A DNA stretch of 64,000 nt from assembly GCA_051652765.1 (NCBI GenBank), contig JBOFUV010000131.1:32001-96000 (forward strand), given 5' to 3'. This document shows positions 34,447 to 43,959 of the stretch, in pieces. The notes beneath the pieces are model-generated. The model was not told the origin of the DNA and ran no database searches. It saw only the letters and a list, made by a program, of their open reading frames with translations. How positions within the stretch are numbered: the stretch's first letter is position 1; each line of letters begins with the position of its first letter. This DNA is from Microcoleaceae cyanobacterium. GTDB lineage: Bacteria > Cyanobacteriota > Cyanobacteriia > Cyanobacteriales > Microcoleaceae. Position numbers and translations under genes: made by a program.

Positions 34447-35673
34447 TTGAACGTTCAATCGGAGCAGATTAAGCAGCTCATTGTTAATATTGATGGAGCC
34501 TTAAGCCAATCTAACCCCCGTCCCCCCTTAGTGGTGATGGGAGATACTGTGTTGCACTCGCGCCAAGTTCTTGAACAGGTTCGCAGCTATCTGCTGTCCC
34601 TTCAGCAAGAGCTGAATTTAGAGTCCTCTGCTGAACTAAACTCTCCCAGTGCCCCATCGGAAAACCTGCCAGAATCCTTAAAACAATTTCTTCAGCAGGA
34701 GTTCACGGTGCTTCATGCTCAAATTATTCAGGGGTTCCAGCAGGAGATCAAGACCCTACAACAAAACCAAGCGCGGTTGCTTCAGGAAATTCGTCACCTT
34801 CAGGGGGAGCAAAAGTCAAGCCCAGTTCCAATTCCTGACCGTCCTCGGCCTCCTCTCCCTCTCCCCTTTCGCCCGAAGATTCCCCTACCCCCCCCTCCAG
34901 CTTCTCGGCAATTTACGGTACTCCCTACACCTCCCAAGTCCGAAGAGTTTATGCCCGATGGGAGTGCAGACATGCTTCGCCAGCCACCTCAGCATTCTTC
35001 TATCAGCCCCGTGATCTCAGGAACAGATCTTCCTTGGCCTTCTGTTCCTGAAACCCCAGTTCTTAAGACCCCAGTTCTTGGGAGCAACGATCTGGGTTTA
35101 GAAATTGGATTAGAGCCTCTTGCAGAGTTGAGGGATATTTTTGGCCAAATAGACCTGGATGCCTCTCAGCCTCAGTCCCAGGATCAAATTCAGGCCCATA
35201 CTTTGGCTACTCCTGTTGTTCAGGAACCTCAAGAGCCTGACCTCGAAGAAGAGTATGAAACGTGGCTACAAGAGGACTATATCCATGCCTCTCCGGATGA
35301 AGACTTGTTGCCGACTCAAGACACTATCAACTCCATCAGTCAAGTAGAGTCGCGTTTTTTAGTGGAGAAGCAAACCTTAGAACAACTTGAAGTTGATCTC
35401 ATGTCTTTGGAGCAACCGGAGACAGAAGAACAGACCCAAATTCAGTTAGGTGCGACAGAGAACCAGACGGACGCAGAAACGGGACTGAGCTTAAAGGATT
35501 TGACATTGGAAAATGTACTGTCAGAACAGAGGCTAAACCTGGGTCAGCAACCGTTCGATACTCTAGGGCTTGATCAGCCAGATCGAGACGAATTGCCAAC
35601 TCTAGAGCAACTCGCAGATAAGTTTGGCACTGAGTTTGGCACTGAATCAGGAGAACTAGATGACCCTCGCTAA
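34447..35673 (+). CDS. Hypothetical coiled-coil, Pro-rich and acidic protein
   Basis: 408-aa ORF with an N-terminal coiled coil; TTG start after GGGAGA. Confidence 0.65.
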   Translation: MNVQSEQIKQLIVNIDGALSQSNPRPPLVVMGDTVLHSRQVLEQVRSYLLSLQQELNLESSAELNSPSAPSENLPESLKQFLQQEFTVLHAQIIQGFQQEIKTLQQNQARLLQEIRHLQGEQKSSPVPIPDRPRPPLPLPFRPKIPLPPPPASRQFTVLPTPPKSEEFMPDGSADMLRQPPQHSSISPVISGTDLPWPSVPETPVLKTPVLGSNDLGLEIGLEPLAELRDIFGQIDLDASQPQSQDQIQAHTLATPVVQEPQEPDLEEEYETWLQEDYIHASPDEDLLPTQDTINSISQVESRFLVEKQTLEQLEVDLMSLEQPETEEQTQIQLGATENQTDAETGLSLKDLTLENVLSEQRLNLGQQPFDTLGLDQPDRDELPTLEQLADKFGTEFGTESGELDDPR

Positions 35674-35719
35674 CGGCTGGTTAATCTGGGTTGATTCAGT
35701 TGATGAACCAGCTTAGGAC

Positions 35720-36385
35720 TTAGTTCTGAATCTTCTCAACATAGCCCCAAAGGCTATAGTCTCGGCTCAGCCAGCCATTAAAAAATGCCATTTGACTAGA
35801 ATCTTCCTGAACTCGCTTGTAGCGGTAAAGAATGCGCTCATTCACAATTTGCAAAGCCGTGTACTTACTATTCCCCAGTTTCAGAGCTTCGAGGGTGGGC
35901 GCATCAAATCGCCCAGTTTGAGGAAGTCCTAAAGCTTGCTGAAGAAAGGTAATAGAGTTCTCAATGCCAAAGTTTACAGCGGTATCAAACATCACAATGG
36001 CAAGGGCAGGATGCATCGTCGCTGCGGCGCTGCCGTCCCAATAGCCATCATAGACTTCTAACAACTCAGTCTCCGACATCTGAGCAACATCAAGGGGAGG
36101 CAAGCTTCGCCGAGCCCGATAGGCATTGTACTCAGTCTGCAAAATACCCTTGTAGGTTCTGCCGCCTTTGTCTGCTGGATGGTCGCTTAATCCCCCTTCA
36201 AAATAGAGCGTAAAAGCCAATGCCGCATCAAATAGCTTTTGCTCGTACCCTTTGCTTTGAGCCTGCAATACCGTCTGAGTAGCAAGAGGAACGGTCACTG
36301 TAAACGCCAACAATGCTAAGCCTTGGATAAACTTTGACCTTAGACCCTGCTTTAGACGGGAGGGAACATATTGCTGCTGATTCAT
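35720..36385 (-). CDS. Exported glycoside hydrolase family 108 (lysozyme-like) with a peptidoglycan-binding tail
   Basis: EGGLSDHPADKGGRT, FDTAVNFG and F.NGWL.R motifs; signal-like N-terminus. Confidence 0.88.
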   Translation of the reverse strand: MNQQQYVPSRLKQGLRSKFIQGLALLAFTVTVPLATQTVLQAQSKGYEQKLFDAALAFTLYFEGGLSDHPADKGGRTYKGILQTEYNAYRARRSLPPLDVAQMSETELLEVYDGYWDGSAAATMHPALAIVMFDTAVNFGIENSITFLQQALGLPQTGRFDAPTLEALKLGNSKYTALQIVNERILYRYKRVQEDSSQMAFFNGWLSRDYSLWGYVEKIQN

Positions 36386-36661
36386 AAGCTGTTGATTGGT
36401 AAGCTAACTTACGAGGTTTTCGCCTAAACTTTTTCACCTAAGATTGAAACCCAAAGACTTAACCTAAAGGTCTGCTTCAAAAGTTTACCTTGGAATGGGA
36501 GGAAATTGCGGTGGCAAGTCAACTAATATCGGTAAAAACCCACTCCTGACATCATCTCTGCCCCAGCAGAGCAGAATATAGAGAGTGCTAAAAAACCTGA
36601 TATGGTGCATAGTACAGAATTTCCTCGATTATTCTAGATAAAATAGATTTGAACGGTTGTA

Positions 36662-38881
36662 ATGCACTCTGACTCCGACTCGATTTCTGCACCTCTAACC
36701 CCGTCTTTAACCCCTCAGTCTTCCGAAACTCTGATTCAAACGGCAGAACAATATTGTGCTCAGGCCAAGTGGAGTGAGGCGATCGCCCTCTGTCAACAGG
36801 CAATTCAAGACCAACCGGACTGGGCTGTAGCCTATATCACCTTGGGAAATGCTCAACAGGGTCAAGGACAGATTAAGTCTGCCATGGAGTCCTATCAACA
36901 GGCCCTAAACCTAAACCCACAGTTGGCTCAAGCTTGGGTTAATTTGGGCAGCATGTTCTATAAGCAACAGGAGTTGTCTCAGGCGATCGCCCATTATCGT
37001 CAGGCGATTGTCCTGAACCCTAATCTCACTGCCGCCTATTGGAATTTGGCTCTGGCTTTAAAACACCAAGGCTTAATCTCTGAGGCTACGGCTGTTGAAC
37101 AGCAAGCTCAAACCCTTCAAGCCCAAGCCCTTCAGGTTAGCCAAGGTGACCCAATCACCCTGCTCCATCAAGGCAATCACCTGGCTGCCCAAGGGAAGTT
37201 GGAGGATGCTCTCACCCACTGGCAACATGCGATTTCACTGAAACCTGATTTTGTCCCAGCCTACTGTCAAATCGGCATGATCTTGCGCCATCAAGGAAAG
37301 ACCTCACAGGCCCTTCCTTGGTTCGAGAAAGCCCTGGAATTGCAACCTGGTTTTGTTCTGGCCCATCAGCATCGATGTGGCATTCTCAGGGACGCTGGAG
37401 ACTTTGCTGCTGCTCGAAAAGCCGTGAATCAATACGCCATTGCCTGTGAGGCCCAAGACCCGATCATGACGGCCATTTATTTGATCAGCACCTATCAAGT
37501 TTCGGGCTTGAATCAGATTGCGCAGGAACGGTTTCTGGAGTTGGAGGCCGCTCTAGACCCAGGGATGACCCAAGCAACTCCTGTTGAACTTAATCCCGTT
37601 GAACTCAAAGCTCTCTATGCCAATCTGCTCTTTAGCCTGCCCTATCTGCGGGACAATTTAGAGCAAAACTATCGGTTGCAGCACCGAATTGCTAGCCTGT
37701 ACCGGCATCAGATGCTTGAATCTAATTCTCCTCAAAGCATTGCTGGATACAAGCCAAAATCTGGCAAAACTCCGTTGAAAATTGGTATTCTCTCCAATCA
37801 TTTCAACCGCCATTCCGTGGGCTGGTGTAGTGCTGACATTATTCGAGAACTGGCTCACCAGGGTGCTGAAATTTACCTGTATTGCACCGATCGACTGAAC
37901 CGAGATGATCGGACGGCTATCTTTGAACAAGTGGCTCAAAAATTCTATCTCCCCGCCCATTATCCAAATGGACTCGTCAATTCTGCCGAGATTGTCCAGG
38001 CCATTCGGACGGATCAACTGGATATTCTCCTAGACCTGGATTCTCTGAGTTTGCCTGTTAATACAGAAATTCTTTGCCAACGCCCTGCACCGGTCTGTAT
38101 TTCTTGGTTGGGGTTTGATGCCCCTCAAGTCTCCTCGCACAATTACTTTCTGTGTGATTGGCATACCCATCCGCCGGGACAAGACCAATATTACACTGAA
38201 AAACTAGTGAGGATGCCGGATACCTTTGTTGCAGTCTCAGGCTTTGCTCAACAGTCTGAAGGAATGACCGATCTTCGCAAAGCCCACCGGATTGATTCCG
38301 ATCAAGTGGTCTACCTCTGTGTTGCGCCCGGTCGTAAGTTTAGCCGAGAACTTGCTCAGGCTCAAGTTGCTATCCTTCAACACGTTCCCAATAGTATCTT
38401 GATTCATAAAGCCTTCGGGGATCGGAATGTATTTCAGTCAACCTATGAAGAGTTCTGTGAAGCCGCAAGGGTGAGTCGGCATCGAATCAAATTTTTGGAT
38501 CGATTTCCGACCGAGGAGGAGCATCGCAAAATCTATGGCATGGCCGATATTGTCCTCGATTCCTATCCCTACAACGGCGGAACTCATAGCTTAGAAGCGC
38601 TGTGGTTTAATGTGCCACTGGTAACCTTGAAAGGCCATCAATTTCTCTCGCGAATGGGCTATTCCTTCCTCAAAGGAGTTGGTGTAGAATTTGGTGTTGC
38701 TGAGTCTTGGGAAGAATACATTGACTACGGAATCCGCCTGGGTCAAGACTCGGAACTCCGACACACCATAGAAAACCAGCTAAAGCAGGCTAAAGACCCA
38801 ACTCGACTTGCGCCATTGTGGAACCCAGCTCGGTTTGCTCAAAGCCTCTATCCGATTCTAGAAAAATTACTGATGCAGTAA
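36662..38881 (+). CDS. TPR-containing O-GlcNAc transferase-like protein (GT41/SPINDLY)
   Basis: N-terminal TPRs; KIGILS..F.RHSVG, APV.ISWLG and LDSYPYNGGT..LEALW motifs. Confidence 0.9.
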   Translation: MHSDSDSISAPLTPSLTPQSSETLIQTAEQYCAQAKWSEAIALCQQAIQDQPDWAVAYITLGNAQQGQGQIKSAMESYQQALNLNPQLAQAWVNLGSMFYKQQELSQAIAHYRQAIVLNPNLTAAYWNLALALKHQGLISEATAVEQQAQTLQAQALQVSQGDPITLLHQGNHLAAQGKLEDALTHWQHAISLKPDFVPAYCQIGMILRHQGKTSQALPWFEKALELQPGFVLAHQHRCGILRDAGDFAAARKAVNQYAIACEAQDPIMTAIYLISTYQVSGLNQIAQERFLELEAALDPGMTQATPVELNPVELKALYANLLFSLPYLRDNLEQNYRLQHRIASLYRHQMLESNSPQSIAGYKPKSGKTPLKIGILSNHFNRHSVGWCSADIIRELAHQGAEIYLYCTDRLNRDDRTAIFEQVAQKFYLPAHYPNGLVNSAEIVQAIRTDQLDILLDLDSLSLPVNTEILCQRPAPVCISWLGFDAPQVSSHNYFLCDWHTHPPGQDQYYTEKLVRMPDTFVAVSGFAQQSEGMTDLRKAHRIDSDQVVYLCVAPGRKFSRELAQAQVAILQHVPNSILIHKAFGDRNVFQSTYEEFCEAARVSRHRIKFLDRFPTEEEHRKIYGMADIVLDSYPYNGGTHSLEALWFNVPLVTLKGHQFLSRMGYSFLKGVGVEFGVAESWEEYIDYGIRLGQDSELRHTIENQLKQAKDPTRLAPLWNPARFAQSLYPILEKLLMQ

Positions 38882-39072
38882 GCGTAAAGCTGCTCGCGGG
38901 ACTCCTGTCGAACTTTGCCGTCAATTGCTGCATTTTGCAACTGAATAAAGGCATCAAAGTCAATCCGACTATACTTTGTCCTCTGAAGTAAGTGTCTCAA
39001 CCTTGCCTCAGCCTCAAGAGACAAATAACCAGTATTGAGAATCTTTTGAACCAGTTGGGAAATTGTATCCAT
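38848..39072 (-). CDS. Small conserved cyanobacterial hypothetical protein
   Basis: TGYLSLEAE..LR.LL...Y...D..A...LQ.A...G.VRQESRE pattern. Confidence 0.7.
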   Translation of the reverse strand: MDTISQLVQKILNTGYLSLEAEARLRHLLQRTKYSRIDFDAFIQLQNAAIDGKVRQESREQLYAYCISNFSRIG

Positions 39073-39397
39073 CTATACTTGAACACCTAAACTACCCAGA
39101 GTAATAGCAGTAACGCAGCAAGCTCAGCTTTATACCCTGGCCAAGAAATTTACCATGCCTAGCTAATCTTTACAAGTCTTTATATTTTTACGGTAATTCC
39201 TTCTGCGGAAAGTTTTTAAATTCAAGACAGCAGCGCCGCTAATTTAAGAATGAGTAACAGAGGCAACAGCTCTAGTTGCACCAGTGACTCTAGCAGAACC
39301 GCGATCGCCTTTACGACTGATGACGTTCTCTTAATGTATTTCTCTTGACCTGCAATTTAATTTTGGTGAGGGACTCCGCCCTTGATCTCTCCCACAA

Positions 39398-41341
39398 ATG
39401 GCCAGTCAGCCCTATGATGAGAATGTTTATTTTTGTGGTGTGAGGAGAGTTGGTGTGAGTCAATCAGATGTCGTTGCCCTAGCACGGCGGGGAAATGCCG
39501 ATGCGATCGCAGAGCTAATCGATCAAGCCCTACAGCCCCAACGAGTTAGTGCTAAGGCAACGCGGCGAGATCATCATCTTTATATTTTGCTAGAGTCAGA
39601 AGCGCTTCCCGAGCAATTAGCCTGTATTCGAGTGGTACAAAACGGGATGCTCAGACTGGAAGCTGCAGGCATTCAGTTTGTTACTGTTGTTGGGCAGCAG
39701 GTCGGCAAACAAGCCTTTGGCTGGACACACACCCTAAAGTTTCAACCCCCGGTTCAACCTCATACGCCAAGCGGGAAGACCTCCATTCAACCCTTTCAGC
39801 GCCAACCCAAGTCAACCCCTCATCCCCAACCCACTGATCAATCGGTCTCTCCTGATCTGCCCCAGAACCAGCCCCAGAGTCAACCCACTCCCCTAAAACC
39901 GCCAGTCTACTTTCCCAAAGTACAGCCCAAAGTACAACCCAAAGTAGCTTCTGCCCCAAGTGCTTCGGTTCAGCCACCTGAAGTCGTTCCCAGTCCCAAC
40001 CTTCCCCCTCCAATCCCTCACGCTGAAGCATCTCCCTCAACCAAACGGCCCGTTCCCTTCAAATCTCTACTGATGGCGGGGTCGATCGGGTTAATGATGG
40101 CTCCACTGTCTGGTTGGTTATTGGCTCTACCTCAAGAGAAAATCTCTGGCTTTTTCCAACAAACCCTGCCCCAGACCGTTGCCTCCGTTCCCGAAGCAGC
40201 CTCCTCGGTCTGGGAGCAAGGGGCAAATGCAATTCAGATTGACTTGCCAGCACTCCCTTTTTTGGGAAATAACCCTAACGTTCTGACACCCAAAGGGATT
40301 TCTTCTAATGCAACCCTAAAAAACCTGACCACCGTTTCAGAGCTTGCCCTGACTACGATTCAGAACCCAGTTAGTCCAGACACCCGGATTAAGCTAAAAG
40401 CGGTCGGTGACATCATTCCTGGAACCAATTATCCCTCCAATAAGCTGCATCCCGAGAAAGAGATACTATTCCAGTCTGTGAAACCGATTCTGGCGGGATC
40501 GGATATTTTATTTGGGAATTTTGAAAGCACCCTCACAACCTATCCCAATAGCGCCAAGAGTATGGGGGGGCTGGTGTTTGCCTTTAGAACGCCTCCAGAA
40601 TACACATCAATTTTGCAGGATGCTGGATTTGATATTTTGAGCGTTGCCAATAATCACTCTTTTGACTTCTTTGAGGCTGGGTTTAATGACACCATTAAAA
40701 ACATCGACAAGACTGGAATGAAAGCGGTTGGTAGGCGGGATCAGATTGTTTATCACGAGGTCAAAGGGGTCAAGTTTGCTTTCATTGGGTTTAGCTATTT
40801 CCCAGTTCACAATAATATGTTAGACACTAAAGCGTCTAAAGCTATTGTCAAAAAAGCGGATCAAGAGGCTGATATTGTCGTTGTTTCAGTTCATGCGGGC
40901 GCAGAGGGAACAGCCGCACTACACACGCGCGATCGCACAGAGTATTTCTATGGCGAAAATCGTGGCAATAAAGTTGAGTTTGCCCACGCCATGGTTGATG
41001 CTGGGGCTGATTTGATTCTCGGTCACGGCCCCCACGTACCTCGAGCGATGGAACTCTACAACGGTAAATTAATTGCCTATTCCCTCGGGAACTTCATGGG
41101 ATACCGTACCCTATCTGCCCAGGGTGAACTTGGTTATTCCCTGGTGCTAGAAGCTGACCTTGACCCTGTTGGCAATTTCAAAGGGGGAAAAATTATCCCC
41201 GTCCGCCTGACGAGCCAGGGTATTCCCTATCCAGATGATCAAGGCCGTAGTATCGGACTGATTCGCGACTTGACCCAAAGTGATTTTTCCAAGACTTCCC
41301 TTAAAATTGATGGCCAAGGGACTCTGATCATTCAAGAATAA
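39398..41341 (+). CDS. CapA (poly-gamma-glutamate synthesis family) metallophosphatase with a long N-terminal extension
   Basis: AVGDI, GNFES, ANNHSFD, HAGAEG, GHGPHV and YSLGNF motifs; one TM helix and a Pro-rich linker. Confidence 0.88.
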   Translation: MASQPYDENVYFCGVRRVGVSQSDVVALARRGNADAIAELIDQALQPQRVSAKATRRDHHLYILLESEALPEQLACIRVVQNGMLRLEAAGIQFVTVVGQQVGKQAFGWTHTLKFQPPVQPHTPSGKTSIQPFQRQPKSTPHPQPTDQSVSPDLPQNQPQSQPTPLKPPVYFPKVQPKVQPKVASAPSASVQPPEVVPSPNLPPPIPHAEASPSTKRPVPFKSLLMAGSIGLMMAPLSGWLLALPQEKISGFFQQTLPQTVASVPEAASSVWEQGANAIQIDLPALPFLGNNPNVLTPKGISSNATLKNLTTVSELALTTIQNPVSPDTRIKLKAVGDIIPGTNYPSNKLHPEKEILFQSVKPILAGSDILFGNFESTLTTYPNSAKSMGGLVFAFRTPPEYTSILQDAGFDILSVANNHSFDFFEAGFNDTIKNIDKTGMKAVGRRDQIVYHEVKGVKFAFIGFSYFPVHNNMLDTKASKAIVKKADQEADIVVVSVHAGAEGTAALHTRDRTEYFYGENRGNKVEFAHAMVDAGADLILGHGPHVPRAMELYNGKLIAYSLGNFMGYRTLSAQGELGYSLVLEADLDPVGNFKGGKIIPVRLTSQGIPYPDDQGRSIGLIRDLTQSDFSKTSLKIDGQGTLIIQE

Positions 41342-41384
41342 GTTGATTCAAGCATGGTTGATTCAAGCATGGTTGATTCAAGCA
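41342..41384. repeat. 15-bp tandem repeat, about 3 copies
   Basis: GTTGATTCAAGCATG x2 followed by GTTGATTCAAGCA. Confidence 0.85.
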
Positions 41385-41479
41385 CAAAATTCTCAGGTTT
41401 CTTGAAAACTCACTCATCTAGACCATACTGTTGTAAACTTTTGTGTATAAACTTTTATTAAAGTTCATTCAAAATTCTC

Positions 41480-41902
41480 ATGGTTGAGCAGCCTCTGATT
41501 TTATCTCCAATTTATCTGACTGTGCTACTGTCCACTGTTTTTGCAGTAATCAGTGGCCTGATTTTTAAGGATATGCTGGAATATTGGGTGGATCGTTGGA
41601 GTGAAAACCCGACAACCGATCTTTACTACAAGACTCCAGATTTAGTGCTTGCTTACATTGCAACGACTGTCCTGATTACCCTAAGTGTTGCTAGCAGTTT
41701 AGTTGTGTTTGTTCCGAGTTACTGGATTGCGGGAACATTGGGTGTCCTTGTTGTCATGCCAACGGCCTTTTTGATCTGGGTACAGTTGGGTTCTATGCTG
41801 AAACTTTTAGAAACCCGTGGATTAGAGGCGGTTGACCTAGATCTGGTCATCAATCCTCCAGTTCAAGACATTCAGCCTCAGTCTCTGGTGAATAAAGGGT
41901 AG
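41480..41902 (+). CDS. Conserved 3-TM hypothetical membrane protein
   Basis: Three hydrophobic segments; W.QLGSML..L...G..A.DLD motif. Confidence 0.7.
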   Translation: MVEQPLILSPIYLTVLLSTVFAVISGLIFKDMLEYWVDRWSENPTTDLYYKTPDLVLAYIATTVLITLSVASSLVVFVPSYWIAGTLGVLVVMPTAFLIWVQLGSMLKLLETRGLEAVDLDLVINPPVQDIQPQSLVNKG

Positions 41903-42134
41903 AACAATTAGCCAGAATTATCAAAGGTATAAGTTCTTGTTAACCCTACTGAGCACCCTTGCATAATTTTGTACGAGTTCGTTATGATTAGTTTATCCTA
42001 AGCTAATTTCCATGTCGAAAGTTAGTTTAGATTGCTGGACTTAAGCAGCTTCAAATTAGAGTCTAAGGTGAAAGACCTGAAAGTGATTGGACTTTAGTGT
42101 GGAAATTGTTACTGTAGCAAGGAGCCGTCGTTAC

Positions 42135-42275
42135 ATGGAATATATTGAAAAGGTGTTGGAAAAGCTGAGAGAGTGGGCTGAGAAGGTCATTGAAGCTCTT
42201 CTAGGGCCACAAGCGCACCCAGCGCCTGAGCCAATTCCAGTTCCAGTTGAAGATCTTGGACGCTACCGTCGCTGA
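42135..42275 (+). CDS. Small conserved protein (46 aa)
   Basis: MEYIEKVLEKLREWAEKVIEALLGPQAHPAPEPIPVPVE; AGGAG RBS at 42120-42124. Confidence 0.7.
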   Translation: MEYIEKVLEKLREWAEKVIEALLGPQAHPAPEPIPVPVEDLGRYRR

Positions 42276-42295
42276 ATGGGTGAGGCATTATATTT

Positions 42296-42742
42296 TTGTC
42301 TAATGTGCTGAGCATTTTAGTACTGCATGGCCCAAACCTAAACTTATTGGGTCAGCGGGAGCCTGAAGTTTATGGAAAGGTTACCCTAGCAAGCATTAAC
42401 CAGATGTTAATGAGTGATGCGAAGGATTTTGGTGTGAGTCTTTCAATTGAGCAGTCCAATCACGAAGGGGTTCTGATCGATCAGATCCAGCTCGCCGGTG
42501 GATGTTTCCAGGGAATTGTGATTAATCCTGGTGCTTTCACCCATACCAGCGTGGCGATTCGGGATGCCCTTGCAGCAGTTGAAGTTCCAGCAGTTGAGGT
42601 TCATCTTAGTAATATCTATTCCAGGGAAGCTTTCCGGCATCACTCTTTCATTGCTCCAGTTGTTATTGGTCAAATTAGCGGTTTTGGTGCAGAGAGTTAT
42701 CGCCTTGGTTTGAGGGCACTGGTGAGTTTTTTGGGATGCTAG
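42296..42742 (+). CDS. aroQ: Type II 3-dehydroquinate dehydratase
   Basis: [26 protein letters not shown] and EVHLSN motifs. Confidence 0.96.
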   Translation: MSNVLSILVLHGPNLNLLGQREPEVYGKVTLASINQMLMSDAKDFGVSLSIEQSNHEGVLIDQIQLAGGCFQGIVINPGAFTHTSVAIRDALAAVEVPAVEVHLSNIYSREAFRHHSFIAPVVIGQISGFGAESYRLGLRALVSFLGC

Positions 42743-42798
42743 GAGTAAGCTTGGTAAGTGGAGAAGGTTTCTGGTTGAGAGCCTTAGGAGATGGGTAA

Positions 42799-43872
42799 AT
42801 GCGCTGCCTAGTTTTGAGTCAGTTTCAGGCTTCCCTACTTGGAGCATTTTTAGGTAACACCTTAGGTAGCACCTTAGGTAGCACTTTAGGGGGCAAGGAT
42901 TTGTCGTCCCTAATCATAGCGCCAACTTCTAGTGCCAGTTTGAAGCTTCAGGCTGCTTCGAGTTTTACGGAGCATAATGTTGCTCTTTCTGGCTTGCTGA
43001 GGGTAGCTCAGATGCTAATTCAGTCCCAGTCAGTTCAGCAAGTGGGTTGGGATCGCGTTTGGTTTCAGGTCGAGGGAAAGTACCCTAGGAAGATTGAACC
43101 AAGCTTTGGTGCAGCAGCAGTTGCTGTTCTGCCAATTGCTTTGTTATTCCATGAAAGTTCTGTTGAACGGGATCGTCAGCTTCAGTCTATTTCCCAAGCT
43201 TGGTGGCCTTGTGTGTTGGAGATTGCTCAAATTGAGGTTATGGTTGCTTTATCAGGGGCGGTTGCTTTCGCCTGTCTAGGAATCCTCAATCCGGCAAGGC
43301 TCATTCCCCAGATTCTTTCAAGACTCAGCCCGAATTCGATTCTAACAAACCAACTTCAGCAGGTTCAGGGATTTATTGAGCGCCGGGATGGTTTAGGAAC
43401 TGTACTTGAATCAATGAATCAGTCTCTGCAAGATTGCAAAGTTTCTGCCTTGCATCAACTCTATCGAGACAGCTTAGCAGTTTCATTGGCGTTTTACTGC
43501 TTTCTCGATACTCCAGAAGATTTCTCGCTAACGCTGCTGCGGGCTGCCCATACAAGTTCTTTCGCCCCATTAACTAGTATATTCAGTGGGATGCTTTCAG
43601 GAGCCTATAACGGTTTGGAGACTATTCCGGTAGGATGGCGCTCAAGCTTGAGACAGCTTAACCAAGGTGAACGAGTGAGTCAGGTTGAACCCGAGTTTTC
43701 AGATGATCTCGAGGCAGTTTCCCCAGGGTTCAGAGAGCCATTTGGGCGTGAAGAGAAAATTTTACAGCTTGGAAGTCAACTTTTTGCGCTGTGGTCAGGG
43801 GCTTACAACCCAGCAACATCAAACTTTCAGGCTGACTGCGTTACTGCTGTGGCATCCGCTTCAGAGATTTGA
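42799..43872 (+). CDS. ADP-ribosylglycohydrolase-fold protein (degenerate)
   Basis: FQASLLGAFLG start and GMLSGAYNG...IP.GW end; catalytic Asp motifs not seen. Confidence 0.7.
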   Translation: MRCLVLSQFQASLLGAFLGNTLGSTLGSTLGGKDLSSLIIAPTSSASLKLQAASSFTEHNVALSGLLRVAQMLIQSQSVQQVGWDRVWFQVEGKYPRKIEPSFGAAAVAVLPIALLFHESSVERDRQLQSISQAWWPCVLEIAQIEVMVALSGAVAFACLGILNPARLIPQILSRLSPNSILTNQLQQVQGFIERRDGLGTVLESMNQSLQDCKVSALHQLYRDSLAVSLAFYCFLDTPEDFSLTLLRAAHTSSFAPLTSIFSGMLSGAYNGLETIPVGWRSSLRQLNQGERVSQVEPEFSDDLEAVSPGFREPFGREEKILQLGSQLFALWSGAYNPATSNFQADCVTAVASASEI

Positions 43873-43959
43873 TCAGGTTTAGTGATTGTACTCGCTGAGA
43901 ATCCCCTTAGAATAATCATGGTAGGACTGCATCTATTTCAATCTCGCCTATCGATTTAG

